From positions 1,568,001 to 1,632,000 of the forward strand of contig CAXXWQ010000003.1 of the NCBI GenBank assembly GCA_963674945.2: a DNA stretch of 64,000 bases, in the 5' to 3' direction. Position 1 is the first letter of the stretch, and each line of letters opens with the position of its first letter. A program made the translations under genes and the position numbers. The notes beneath the pieces are model-generated. The model did not search any database. It saw nothing but the letters and a program-made list of their open reading frames with translations, and was not told where the DNA came from. Of this stretch, positions 1-10,050 are shown in pieces. The DNA is from an uncultured Desulfosarcina sp. GTDB taxonomy: Bacteria; Desulfobacterota; Desulfobacteria; Desulfobacterales; Desulfosarcinaceae.

Positions 1-2513
1 TCATATTGGGAAACATTCAGCTGGAGTTGTACCGGGAAAATTTCACCATTTTTCCGCAGATGGCGCGTCTCGATTGTCTGTGCACGTATATGGCGAAGCT
101 TGACCATGAGATCGGCGTAACGACCGGGTGTGTAATCCGGGTCGATATCGAAAACCGTCATATGGCAAAGTTCTTCTCTCGTATAGCCGAGATTACGGCA
201 GACCTGCTCATTGACATCCAGCAGTCGCCCCTTTTCGTCGACGCGATAAATTCCGACAGAGGCCTTGTCGAAGATAAACTGGGTCAGCCGCAGGGAAGAC
301 TCCATCTCTCTTCGCCAGGTAATATCCATGGTCACACCGTAAAAGACGACGCTGCCGTCAACCTTTCGTGGGACTGAACTGCATTCGATCCAGATCTCCT
401 CCCCTGAAACTTTTATGAAGCGTCCCTCATAGTACCAGGGTTTGACACGCTCCACGGCATCCTTGACGGACGCCACGAAACGCGGTCGATCCTCCTCGGG
501 CAGGCAGGCCACAAAATCATCGAAAAAATCCTCCGGTTCCGAATCCAGCCCGAGCAACGCAATGGACTTTTCCTTAATCACGCTGGTAACCGCATTGGGT
601 TCCAGTGTAAATTGATACACGACGCCGGGAACATTGGATACCAGGTCTTTCAGACGCTCTTCACTCTCCCGTAACACCTGCTCCATTTGTTTTCGTTCAC
701 TGATGTCCTGAACGAATGCCACGTGGAGTTCCAGGCCCTCGTACCGGACCAGTTTTTCAATGACCTGAATGGGAATGACGTTGCCGTTTCTGTGCCGGTG
801 AAAAACGTCGCTGATTTTCGTTCCCACCTCATTCAATATGGCCCTGCCCTCTGCCCAGTGAACGGGGTCGAAGCCTGGGGTGAAGTCGAAAACCATCATC
901 CGGCGCAGTTCCTCCCTGGAGTACCCCAGGCTTTGAGAGCCCTGTTCATTCACATCCAGGATTTCGCCCTCAGGCCCCATGCGCCAGATTCCGATGGGAG
1001 CATTGTCGAAGATAAACTGGGTCAGGCGCAAGGCGTCTTCCATTTCCTTGCGGCGGGTGATGTCCCAGGCGATGCCCAGAACACCGGTCACCGCCCCGTT
1101 GTCATTGCGCACCGGGGTTTTGATGGTGTTAACCACGAAGTTTTGTCCGTTTACGAAAATGGTTTCCTCGATTTCTTCCGGCCTGCCCCCGGCAAGGATC
1201 CTGGCATCATCCTTCCTGTATTTTTCCGCAAGCTCACGGGGAAATAGATCGAAATCCGTCTTTCCGGCAATCTCGTCCTCATGGATGTTCATATTATCGA
1301 CAAAGCTCCGGTTGCAGGATACGTAGACCGAATGCTTGTTTTTGAAAAAAACCCTCTGGGGAAGGTTGTCGACGAGGGTCCTGTATTTTGCTTCGCTTTC
1401 CCTCAACACCCGGTTCAGCCGGGACATCTCAGACACTTTGGTGTTGATCTCAGCCGTCATGACATTGAAGGCGTGGGCCAGTTTTCCGATTTCATCCCGG
1501 GCGCTTATCGGGGCTGTCACATCGAATCTGCCTTCCTCGACATGTTTCATGGCGTCCATCAAATGGGTGATGGGCCCCAAAATGGTCTTATTCAGGCCGA
1601 AAAAGCCAAGGATAACAACCAGAAGGGGAACGACAAAAAGAAAGATGACAACCATTGTAAGGCTGCGCCGGCTTGCCCTCTCCAGTCTTTCATCGGCGTG
1701 ATCGAGATCGGATTGCACGTCCCTTACAGTTGAATCGATTTCGGTTTTTTTCACGGCCAGATCAAAATCGGCTTTTGATCGTTGGATCCGTGTTTCAAAG
1801 AGGGAAAGCGTTTTTTCCGATTCAACAATCAATGTTTCAAGGGATTCGATTTGGGCAAACAGATCGGCAAACAGATCGGCAATACCGCCGTCCGGGTCGA
1901 TCAACTGCAGTTGGGAGGAAACGAATCGTCTGTTTTTCGTGACCACGCCTTTGTCCTCTTCCGAAACGCTTCGGGATATGAGGCCATTCATGGAAACCAG
2001 CGTCAATTGGTTCAGGCTTTTCAGAACATAGGGTGCCAACGCCAGATGTTCGGCGGCGTCAACCCCCAGAACCTTGTCCATCTGGGCGATTGCCAGCACA
2101 GTGGCGATTTTATCATCCAGTTTATAATAGAGGGTATTGATTTGCGTTCGGATGTCGCTATAGGCGCGATCGATTTCTGCGCGTGCCTGTTCTTTCTCGG
2201 CAATCAAACCGACAAGCCGTTGTCCGGATTTTACCAGGGTGCTCTGTTCCTTCATCTGCGATCCGGGTGGATTGCGGAACTGGTCGACGGTAAGCGGAGG
2301 AACATGGCCGGAAGCCATGATGTCCGAGATCGATCGAATCAACGCATTTTTCCACTTTACGAACTCCCGGACACCGGCCAGTTCTGCATTCACGTTATCG
2401 CGAACGCGCAAACTGAACGAAACCTCCCGATGGGTCCAGATCGTCATGGCGGCCAGAATGACAAATACAAAAAAAACCGCTGCCCCCACCGTGATAATTT
2501 TCTTTCGAATCAT
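1..2513 (-). CDS. Membrane sensor with HAMP and multiple PAS domains (probable histidine kinase); 3' end runs off the window start
   Basis: Not in the ORF track because it has no stop inside the window. Read manually from ATG 2513: MIRKKIITVGAAVFFVFVILAAM (TM1), second TM, HAMP (GPITHLMDAMKHVEEGRFDV..RDEIGKLAHAFNVM), then repeated PAS/PAC ends (DITRRKEME, DISERKQME). The + strand ORFs here are antisense shadows. Confidence 0.88.
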   Translation of the reverse strand, partial: MIRKKIITVGAAVFFVFVILAAMTIWTHREVSFSLRVRDNVNAELAGVREFVKWKNALIRSISDIMASGHVPPLTVDQFRNPPGSQMKEQSTLVKSGQRLVGLIAEKEQARAEIDRAYSDIRTQINTLYYKLDDKIATVLAIAQMDKVLGVDAAEHLALAPYVLKSLNQLTLVSMNGLISRSVSEEDKGVVTKNRRFVSSQLQLIDPDGGIADLFADLFAQIESLETLIVESEKTLSLFETRIQRSKADFDLAVKKTEIDSTVRDVQSDLDHADERLERASRRSLTMVVIFLFVVPLLVVILGFFGLNKTILGPITHLMDAMKHVEEGRFDVTAPISARDEIGKLAHAFNVMTAEINTKVSEMSRLNRVLRESEAKYRTLVDNLPQRVFFKNKHSVYVSCNRSFVDNMNIHEDEIAGKTDFDLFPRELAEKYRKDDARILAGGRPEEIEETIFVNGQNFVVNTIKTPVRNDNGAVTGVLGIAWDITRRKEMEDALRLTQFIFDNAPIGIWRMGPEGEILDVNEQGSQSLGYSREELRRMMVFDFTPGFDPVHWAEGRAILNEVGTKISDVFHRHRNGNVIPIQVIEKLVRYEGLELHVAFVQDISERKQMEQVLRESEERLKDLVSNVPGVVYQFTLEPNAVTSVIKEKSIALLGLDSEPEDFFDDFVACLPEEDRPRFVASVKDAVERVKPWYYEGRFIKVSGEEIWIECSSVPRKVDGSVVFYGVTMDITWRREMESSLRLTQFIFDKASVGIYRVDEKGRLLDVNEQVCRNLGYTREELCHMTVFDIDPDYTPGRYADLMVKLRHIRAQTIETRHLRKNGEIFPVQLQLNVSQY

Positions 2514-2532
2514 CTCTTCAGGAATCCTTCGG

Positions 2533-3051
2533 TTATTTTTCTTTCCAGAACCCGCATCCCACCCAGGCTTTTCGCCCGTCTTCGAGGACGATCCCCTTGA
2601 CATACGAGATCTTCGTCTGCAAGCTTTTCGTAAACGGATTCAACCAATCATATTCGATCCATCCCTCTCCGTTCTCTTCGATCATTTGAGCGATCTCATG
2701 GAAAAGCAGCCGGCCGTTGGGAGTTCTGAGATTCCACATGTTTTTCCCGAGAAGTTCGGGACGGATTCCATGGCCGCAACATATCGCCTCCTGCCGTTCG
2801 ATATCGTAACAGTGGATGAAGATATAAAGCTTCCTTTCGTGGTCGAGAAAGGCCGAATTGGTTTGAAGGGCATGTTGTACGGAGGCCATGTCGCCCGAAT
2901 GTTTCAGGATATAATCGTGGGCCGCTTCGACAATCTCCTTTGTTTTCAAGGCGACGGGCTGCAGCCTCTCGGATTCACCGGCGTTTGGTTGGGTAGATGC
3001 AATGATGGACAGAAAAATAACGGCCAATACGAAATATGACGGAAATTTCAT
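2533..3051 (-). CDS. Secreted single Cache-domain protein, probable periplasmic partner of the downstream sensor
   Basis: Signal peptide MKFPSYFVLAVIFLSIIAS; sCache-type motifs LLGKNMWNLRTPNGRLLFHE and GEGWIEYDWLNP..K..YVK; 19 nt upstream of the sensor start. Confidence 0.8.
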   Translation of the reverse strand: MKFPSYFVLAVIFLSIIASTQPNAGESERLQPVALKTKEIVEAAHDYILKHSGDMASVQHALQTNSAFLDHERKLYIFIHCYDIERQEAICCGHGIRPELLGKNMWNLRTPNGRLLFHEIAQMIEENGEGWIEYDWLNPFTKSLQTKISYVKGIVLEDGRKAWVGCGFWKEK

Positions 3052-3720
3052 GTCTGTCTCTTCTTCCTTTTTCGTTTCTCCACCGGCAATTAGACGATGA
3101 ACGTGGCCCCGGCACGGGTGGTGCGCGTTCACCTCAATAATTCGCGGTAATGCAACAATCCCATCACACTTGCTACAAATTACTTTGGATCTGAGTCTTC
3201 TGAAGTGGAATAGATGAACGGTTGGCGTATCGGAAAAGGGGATGGAACAGGGAAGTTGTGCCCTGAAATAACCAGAATCAATAAGAGACTCTCTTCAGCA
3301 AACCACATGCGGTTCGTGGTATTCCACTTGATGGACGCTATCGCTTCAAAACCAAACCGAGGTATCATGAAAAATGCTACCATCGCAAGACAATGGGCGC
3401 AATGGCCATGACAGGACCTCGGAGACACAGCTTTTACTTTTTATTTCACTTGCTATCAAAAAGATTAACAACTACATGAGTCAAAAGTCAAAGCCCAATT
3501 TCAAAACGACAGAACTTTGATTACAGGAACGAAAGCCAAACAGAAGAGTTTCGTGGAAATTGCCGGATCGGAAATGATGCCATTAAAGGCGTTCGTATTG
3601 TGCTGTTTCTAAGAAGACGAAGCGAAACAAACGCATCCTTCGACGATGGACATTCGGTGTTCGAAGTGTAAAATCACGCTTGTGAATTACTGTCAGGCAG
3701 GATAGAACGTCGTCCTGAAG

Positions 3721-4044
3721 TTAATGAACTGTACTGACCCGCCTGTCACCCGCCCGGATGGTTTCATGATCGCGTGCCCCATGGGGGGTATCAACGGGCA
3801 CCATCGTATTTTGGGCCAGGCAATGCCGGCATTCAACGCCTTTTGTATTTTGATAATACAGAATATACGTGGTGGTCAGGCCCCCTATGATCAAACCAGG
3901 AATGACGGAAAGCACCAATACCACCATGGTGGCAATGGCCCCGAATATCGCCACCAACCCGGAAAACAACCCCAACCCGATTTGATTGGGCTCCCCGATG
4001 ATCCCGCAACGGGTGCAAACCAATTCCCTTTTATTTAAAAACAT
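3721..4044 (-). CDS. Small membrane protein with CxxC - hydrophobic hairpin - CxxC (LITAF-like zinc-ribbon topology)
   Basis: CTRC ... two hydrophobic segments ... CRHC; GAGG-like RBS upstream. Confidence 0.55.
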   Translation of the reverse strand: MFLNKRELVCTRCGIIGEPNQIGLGLFSGLVAIFGAIATMVVLVLSVIPGLIIGGLTTTYILYYQNTKGVECRHCLAQNTMVPVDTPHGARDHETIRAGDRRVSTVH

Positions 4045-4164
4045 CCGCCTTATCCTCAACCAAATGATAATTTTTCACATCGCAGAGAGGATATCGGCAT
4101 TTTTCTTCCAAACTGAAATGAAAAGTCCTTGAACGATAGAGATTCTATTGGTCTTGCCAATTAT

Positions 4165-4317
4165 GATGGTCTCGCAAAAAGTCGCTGTTCAGACAGATTC
4201 GTAAAAAGCCCGAGATATAGGCTTGCGAGTCCTTACGGAATGAGGTGTCCCTATCGTACGCCGCAGTAACGAAGGATGAAGCGCAGGCGCCGATATCGGG
4301 CTTTTTGCGAATCTGTC
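4165..4317. repeat. MITE/REP-like intergenic element with terminal inverted repeats
   Basis: GACAGATTCGTAAAAAGCCCGA (4192-4213) versus the reverse complement of 4296-4317 (21/22 identical); an extra similar half-end GATGGTCTCGCAAAAAGTC at 4165-4183. Confidence 0.7.
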
Positions 4318-4319
4318 AA

Positions 4320-5726
4320 TTATAAATCAGGCCACCGTTTATCCCATGGCCTCACCATCTCATAGCCGTGGGCCGCTTGCAAAACAAGGTCGTCACGATG
4401 CCGGGGGGCGATGATCTGAAGGCCTGCGGGCAACCTGTTCACCGTCAGACCTGCCGGAACCGATGCAGCCGGATGTCCTGAAAAGTTGAACGGGAAGGTA
4501 AACGCAACCGTCCCCAGCAACGGAATGGATATCCCATCGATTTCGGAAGGAGGCGGGCCTTTGGCCGCAAACGCCTCCGTCGGCATTGTTGGTGTGAGAA
4601 GAAGATCGTACTCGTCGAAAAGAACCTCGAGGACGGCGTTCAGCTCGGCCCTGCGCCGCTGGATGGTGGTGAGATTGGCTACCGTCATCTTGCGGGTCTG
4701 ATCCAACACGGAAACCAGCGTGCGGCCGATCCGGTCTCTTTCCTTTTCCAATATTCCTTCCAGTTGCGCATAGATATCCGTAGCGACCAGAGATGACCAC
4801 GCATCCCCCGTATCGGGAAGACTGCCGGACCACAGCTCCACCCGATGGCCCATCTCCGTGAAAGCCGCAACGGCTTTCTCCACGCAGGCCATGATCTCTT
4901 TATCCACGACCGCATGACCCAAACGCGGGCTGAAGGCGATTTTCAACCGCTCCGGAAAGTTGTCAAGCGTTGCCAGGTAAGACACCGCAGGCAGAGGAAG
5001 CGAATAGGGATCCGCAGGATGAGGGCCCATTGTACAGTCCATGTAAAGTGCCGCATCCCGCACGGTTCGGGTCAGGGGCCCCATGACAGTCATCAAACTG
5101 ATACTGATATGGGACGACGGGCCGACGGGAATTCTTCCGAAGGAGGGCTTGAACCCGAAACACCCCGAATAGGATGCCGGAATCCGGATGGATCCGCCGG
5201 CATCGGAGCCCGTACAAAAGGGAACCATTCCACCGGAAACGGCAGCAGCCGAGCCGCCGCTCGATCCCCCTGGTGTGTGTTGCCGGTTCCAGGGGTTGCG
5301 CGTGACGCCATGAAGCCTGTTTTTTGTAAAACCGGTAAATCCGAACTCGGGTGTATTGGTTTTCCCCACAACGATGGCACCGGCCGCTTTGAGCCGGGCC
5401 ACCTGAACCGAATCGATCCGCGCCATGTTGTCCTTGAAAGGAATGGATCCGAAACTGGTGACCAAACCGGCGCTGTCTTCCAGATCCTTTACCCCAAAAG
5501 GCAGGCCGGCCAGGGGGCCGCATTTTTTCCCCGCAACGATCATTTCGGTCATGGCGTCGGCTTCGGCAAGGGCCTCTTCCGGACGCAATGCCACAAAAGC
5601 ATTCAAATCGGGGTTGATTCGATCGATTCGATCCAGTGTATCGCGCATCACTTCCAACGGGGAAATCTCCTTTCCGGCGATACGTCTTGCCAATTCCCAG
5701 GCAGGTTTATGGCAAAGTGACATCAT
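4320..5726 (-). CDS. Amidase signature family protein
   Basis: GLPFGVKD, GKTNTPEFG, TPGGSSGGSAAAV, GSDAGGSIRIPAS; RBS AAAGGAGC before ATG 5726. Confidence 0.93.
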   Translation of the reverse strand: MMSLCHKPAWELARRIAGKEISPLEVMRDTLDRIDRINPDLNAFVALRPEEALAEADAMTEMIVAGKKCGPLAGLPFGVKDLEDSAGLVTSFGSIPFKDNMARIDSVQVARLKAAGAIVVGKTNTPEFGFTGFTKNRLHGVTRNPWNRQHTPGGSSGGSAAAVSGGMVPFCTGSDAGGSIRIPASYSGCFGFKPSFGRIPVGPSSHISISLMTVMGPLTRTVRDAALYMDCTMGPHPADPYSLPLPAVSYLATLDNFPERLKIAFSPRLGHAVVDKEIMACVEKAVAAFTEMGHRVELWSGSLPDTGDAWSSLVATDIYAQLEGILEKERDRIGRTLVSVLDQTRKMTVANLTTIQRRRAELNAVLEVLFDEYDLLLTPTMPTEAFAAKGPPPSEIDGISIPLLGTVAFTFPFNFSGHPAASVPAGLTVNRLPAGLQIIAPRHRDDLVLQAAHGYEMVRPWDKRWPDL

Positions 5727-5946
5727 GGTTGCTCCTTTTCCGATCCGCCGCAAAGCGTTTGAATGGGTGCTGTCTCAACGTGGCTGGTCAAAAACCAATA
5801 CATGATGGTGGCGTACCAGTCAATTGGGTTGTTTTTCGTACGTCCTCTGTTTCCGAACGCCAACTGATTGCGTTTGGGGATGATTATCAGAATCCCAATA
5901 AAAAACGCTTGACAAATGAGGTGTGCAATACCCAAGGTGGTCGAAA

Positions 5947-5961
5947 TGGCATGATTGTCGC
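5947..5961 (+). promoter_or_regulatory. Candidate sigma-54 (-24/-12) promoter for the acetoacetyl-CoA synthetase
   Basis: TGGCATGATTGTCGC has the GG-N10-GC spacing; lies about 220 nt upstream of ATG 6179. Confidence 0.4.
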
Positions 5962-6178
5962 GCTCATATCCGTCGGCGGTATCATGGTGGGGATTTTACA
6001 GAAACAGGACTTGTTATTTTCACATATGGCGTCGCGGCCGCGAACCTTACCAATGAGAAGTGAGCACTGCCTTTTTACGAATGCGCGCCGATACGAAACC
6101 ACATTCCCGACGTCACAATCGTTGCCCCGTTCCTTCGATTCAAACAAAGCCGTAACCTTTCATATTTTTGGAGGCAGC

Positions 6179-8140
6179 ATGAATCAATCAAAAATCCTCT
6201 GGCAGCCCAGAAAAGAAGATATTGAGAATTCGAACATGGTCCGATTCATGAAAGAAGTGAATACCCGGTACAACCTCTCTCTTTCCAGCTATCAGGAATT
6301 GTGGCAATGGTCCGTCGACAATATCCCCGAATTCTGGAGATTGTTCTGGGAGTTTGCCCACATCATTCACAGCAAACCCTATGGCCAGGTGGTGGATGAC
6401 CCGGCCAGGATGCCGGGGGCCAACTGGTTTGCCGGTGCCGAGCTGAACTTTGCCGAAAACATGCTGCGGTACAGCGATGACCAGAACGCCCTGATCTTCC
6501 AGGGGGAAGGCCAACCTCTCAAGTCTTATACCTACGGCGAACTCTACGATGAGGTCAGCCGCATGGTGCAGGCACTGAAAGCGGTCGGAGTGACCAAAGG
6601 CGACCGGGTGGCCGGCTTCATGCCCAACATGCCGCAAACCATCATCGCCTTGCTGGCGGCTGTGAGTGTAGGGGCCATCTGGTCCTCCTCTTCACCGGAT
6701 TTCGGTATCAAAGGTGTGCTGGATCGCTTCGGGCAGATCGAACCGAAAGTACTCATTACTGCCGACGGCTATTTTTACAACGGAAAATCCTTCGACAGCC
6801 TGGAGAAGGTTGGTGGTATCCTGAAACAACTGCCCATGGTGGAAAAGGTGGTGGTGGTCGATTATATCTCTACCGGTGCGAATCTGGCAAAGGTGCGCAA
6901 TGCCGTCTCCTGGGAAGACTTCCTGGCGCCCTGTTCACCTGAAAAGATCGACTTCCTGCAAGTCCCGGCCGGACACCCCCTATACGTCATGTACAGTTCC
7001 GGCACCACGGGCAAGCCCAAGTGCATGGTGCAGAGCCATGCCGGCATTCTCATGAACCAGCTCAAAGAGCACCTCTTGCACTGCAACCTTATGCGGGAGG
7101 ATGTGCTGTTTTACTTCACCACCTGCGGATGGATGATGTGGAACTGGCTGGTCTGCGGATTGGGTGCGGGCGCTACCCTGGTGCTGTTCGACGGATCGCC
7201 CTTCTACCCCGGCCCGGAAGTGTTGTGGAAGATGGCCGAACAATTGGGCATCACCATTTTCGGTACCAGTGCCAAGTATATCTCGGCATTGTCCGACGCC
7301 GGATACAAGCCGGGCAAGGAGTGCAACCTGGAAAAGCTGCGGATGATCTGCTCCACCGGTTCTCCGTTGGCGGTGTCGAGCTTCGCGTATGCCTACCGGG
7401 AAATCAAAGCCGATATGCAATTGGCTTCCATCAGTGGCGGCACGGATCTCAACGGCTGTTTCGCACTGGGCAATCCCATGGTTCCCGTCCATGCGGGAGA
7501 ACTTCAGGGACCAGGATTGGGGCTCAACGTGCGCGCCTTCAACGATGCCGGAGAGGCGGTAGTGGATGAAACCGGGGAACTGGTCTGCACCGCGGCGTTT
7601 CCCAGCATGCCGGTCTATTTCTGGAATGACCCGGACGGTGAGCGATATAAAAATGCATACTTCACCAAATACCCGGGTGTGTGGACCCATGGCGACTTTA
7701 TCAGCATCAACAGTCAGACCGGGGGCATCACCATTTACGGCCGCAGTGACGCCACGCTCAATCCCGGGGGCGTGCGCATCGGCACCGCGGACATCTACAC
7801 CGCGCTGGAATCATTGGAATCGGTGACGGACAGTGTCGTGGTGGGACAAAAGTGGCAGGACGATGTGCGGGTCGTGCTTTTTGTCACCCTGGCCAAAGGC
7901 GTCCAACTGGATGAAGCCCTGGTGAAAGAGATCAAGACGATGATCCGGACCACCTGCAGTCCTCGCCACGTTCCGGCCAAGGTGATCCAGGTGCAGGAGA
8001 TCCCTTACACGATCAACATGAAAAAAGTTGAATTGGCCGTACGCAACGTGATCCATGGAAAGCCGGTAACCAATCGCGACGCCCTTGCCAATCCGGAGTG
8101 CCTTCACCAGTACGAAAATCTGGATCAATTGAAGGAGTAG
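6179..8140 (+). CDS. Acetoacetate--CoA ligase (acetoacetyl-CoA synthetase)
   Basis: YSSGTTGKPKCMVQ AMP-binding motif, FTTCGWMMWNWL, SISGGTD, GRSDATLNPGGVRIGT; GGAGG RBS before ATG 6179 (the ORF-track start at 5636 is over-extended). Confidence 0.93.
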   Translation: MNQSKILWQPRKEDIENSNMVRFMKEVNTRYNLSLSSYQELWQWSVDNIPEFWRLFWEFAHIIHSKPYGQVVDDPARMPGANWFAGAELNFAENMLRYSDDQNALIFQGEGQPLKSYTYGELYDEVSRMVQALKAVGVTKGDRVAGFMPNMPQTIIALLAAVSVGAIWSSSSPDFGIKGVLDRFGQIEPKVLITADGYFYNGKSFDSLEKVGGILKQLPMVEKVVVVDYISTGANLAKVRNAVSWEDFLAPCSPEKIDFLQVPAGHPLYVMYSSGTTGKPKCMVQSHAGILMNQLKEHLLHCNLMREDVLFYFTTCGWMMWNWLVCGLGAGATLVLFDGSPFYPGPEVLWKMAEQLGITIFGTSAKYISALSDAGYKPGKECNLEKLRMICSTGSPLAVSSFAYAYREIKADMQLASISGGTDLNGCFALGNPMVPVHAGELQGPGLGLNVRAFNDAGEAVVDETGELVCTAAFPSMPVYFWNDPDGERYKNAYFTKYPGVWTHGDFISINSQTGGITIYGRSDATLNPGGVRIGTADIYTALESLESVTDSVVVGQKWQDDVRVVLFVTLAKGVQLDEALVKEIKTMIRTTCSPRHVPAKVIQVQEIPYTINMKKVELAVRNVIHGKPVTNRDALANPECLHQYENLDQLKE

Positions 8141-8310
8141 AACTGGATTGTTCTGGTGGCAGTGCGGGTATAGTTTGGGATGCAGGGGCGTATTTATATT
8201 TCTTTCCTACTCCTTTAGACGCTGCCAAAACATTGTTCTGTACTACTGAAAAGGTCAGCTACAGCGAAATATAGGAGAAGTAAGCGAAAGATGTGATTGC
8301 AGGATGGACG

Positions 8311-8349
8311 AAAAAGGGACTCCATTATACGCCTGATGGAGTCCCTTTT
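8311..8349 (-). terminator. Intrinsic terminator of the cold-shock gene (potentially bidirectional)
   Basis: AAAAGGGACTCCAT-loop-ATGGAGTCCCTTTT hairpin flanked by A/T tracts. Confidence 0.8.
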
Positions 8350-8367
8350 GAATCAAAAGACGAAACG

Positions 8368-8568
8368 TTAGACGACTGTAACGTTCGCTGCGGCAGGCCC
8401 CTTGGGCCCCTGACCAATGTCAAAAGAGACCCGGTCACCTTCTTTGAGGGATTTGAATCCGGTTGCGTTGATTGCCGAATGATGAACGAAAACATCGGGT
8501 CCATCTTCCTGCTCGATAAAACCGAAACCTTTACTGTCATTAAACCACTTTACGATACCGCTTGCCAT
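8368..8568 (-). CDS. csp: Cold-shock protein (CspA family)
   Basis: [15 protein letters not shown] (RNP1), DVFVHHSAI (RNP2); 66 aa. Confidence 0.97.
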   Translation of the reverse strand: MASGIVKWFNDSKGFGFIEQEDGPDVFVHHSAINATGFKSLKEGDRVSFDIGQGPKGPAAANVTVV

Positions 8569-8872
8569 ACTAATTTTCTCCTAAAAAAAATGAATAATTG
8601 TTTCAAACGTGAGGTACCAGATTTTCGAATAGGTAAATCCCCGGTATGAAACAGGGACCGCCAACACCGGCGATCCTTTATGATCGTTACACAATATAGC
8701 ATAATTCAGTAATAGCAAGTGAATAATTGCCTTTATGGAAAAACATTCATTTTTAGTAACCGTTTGTCCTTTCCACGACCGTAAAGCAATCGGCGCCCGG
8801 CGCCCCCGTAATCGTCCGGACGATCTGTAAACGCCTGTAGTGGAAAAGCCGGCACCGCGGTGGAAAAATCTT

Positions 8873-9790
8873 TCACTTCATCATCAGGAGGCTCAGTGCC
8901 ATTACAATCATGCCCCCAACGAGGCCGAAGAGGCTATCGTGACCTTTTCCATACGCCCTGCTGGTGGGTAATAACTCATCAAGACTGATGTAAACCATTA
9001 TCCCGGCGACACCGCCAAATAAAACGCCCATAAACTGGGTTGGGATAGCGTGCGTGTCGCCCCCGACAAACAGACGAAGCACAAGGTATGCGACACCGGC
9101 ACCGACGGGTTCGGCCAATCCACTGAGGAATGAATAGATAAAGGCCTTCTTTCGGTTACCGGTGGCATAGAAGATGGGCACCGACACACTGATACCTTCC
9201 GGGATATTGTGAAGTGCGATCGCAATGGCAATGGCGACACCCAAAGCAGGATCTTGCAAAGCAGCCAGAAATGTGGCCAGCCCTTCCGGAAAGTTGTGGA
9301 TACCGATTGCCAGCGCTGTAAACAGCCCCATTCGCAAAAGCTTTTTGTGCCGCTTTTCGTCCTCGTGTAATGTTGAAACCAGCATGCATTCATCCGCAGA
9401 CACACCGGAATAACTTTCCGGCACCGGGGCGCAGGGATCGTGCAGCGGCGCCGTTTCTGCCTCAGTAGGCGTTTCATGGGGGTTTTCGGCGGCCGGAACG
9501 AAATTGTCGATCAGACCAATCAAGAACATTCCACCGAAAAAGGAAGCCGCGTTGACCCAATGCCCCCAATAATCGCCATATTGCCCGGTTAATGATTCCA
9601 GTCCTTTGAAAAATATCTCAACAAACGAGACGTACAGCATCACCCCGGCAGAAAAACCGGTGGCCACCGACAGAAATCTGTAGTTTGTCCGCTTTGCGGT
9701 AAATGCAACGATACTTCCCACACCGGTTGCCATTCCGGCAAACAGGGTGAGCCCCAATGCCATCCAGACATCATTCATCTCATGCCCCAA
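8873..9790 (-). CDS. zupT: ZIP-family zinc transporter ZupT
   Basis: [37 protein letters not shown] motifs. Confidence 0.93.
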   Translation of the reverse strand: MGHEMNDVWMALGLTLFAGMATGVGSIVAFTAKRTNYRFLSVATGFSAGVMLYVSFVEIFFKGLESLTGQYGDYWGHWVNAASFFGGMFLIGLIDNFVPAAENPHETPTEAETAPLHDPCAPVPESYSGVSADECMLVSTLHEDEKRHKKLLRMGLFTALAIGIHNFPEGLATFLAALQDPALGVAIAIAIALHNIPEGISVSVPIFYATGNRKKAFIYSFLSGLAEPVGAGVAYLVLRLFVGGDTHAIPTQFMGVLFGGVAGIMVYISLDELLPTSRAYGKGHDSLFGLVGGMIVMALSLLMMK

Positions 9791-10050
9791 TGATAGTTAA
9801 AATTTTGATAGTATTCTCTTACTGTACGCATTATTGTTGTTTCATAAATTCCCTGACCGTGTTCATAAAGGACTGCAAGGTTGGGGAAATCCGCTTGCCT
9901 TTATACCATATCAATATGCTGCCGGCGGAACATGTTGTCGTCTTTAAGCGCCGTTTGACCCTAACTCATTGCATATGCTATAAGATTTGGTCAATATCTT
10001 TGTAAAACCATATAAGTTCACTAGTCATATCCATAATGCAGGAGTCGCCA

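Noticed and set aside
6..2600. Long + strand ORFs (6-377, 687-1247, 1281-1733, 1782-2600)
   Set aside because: Antisense shadows of the minus-strand HAMP/PAS sensor gene, which has clear motifs.
3180..3428. 82-aa minus-strand ORF
   Set aside because: No motif, weak start and no supporting context.
5636..6178. N-terminal 181-aa extension of the acetoacetyl-CoA synthetase ORF
   Set aside because: Overlaps the divergent amidase start, is not protein-like, and a good RBS precedes ATG 6179.
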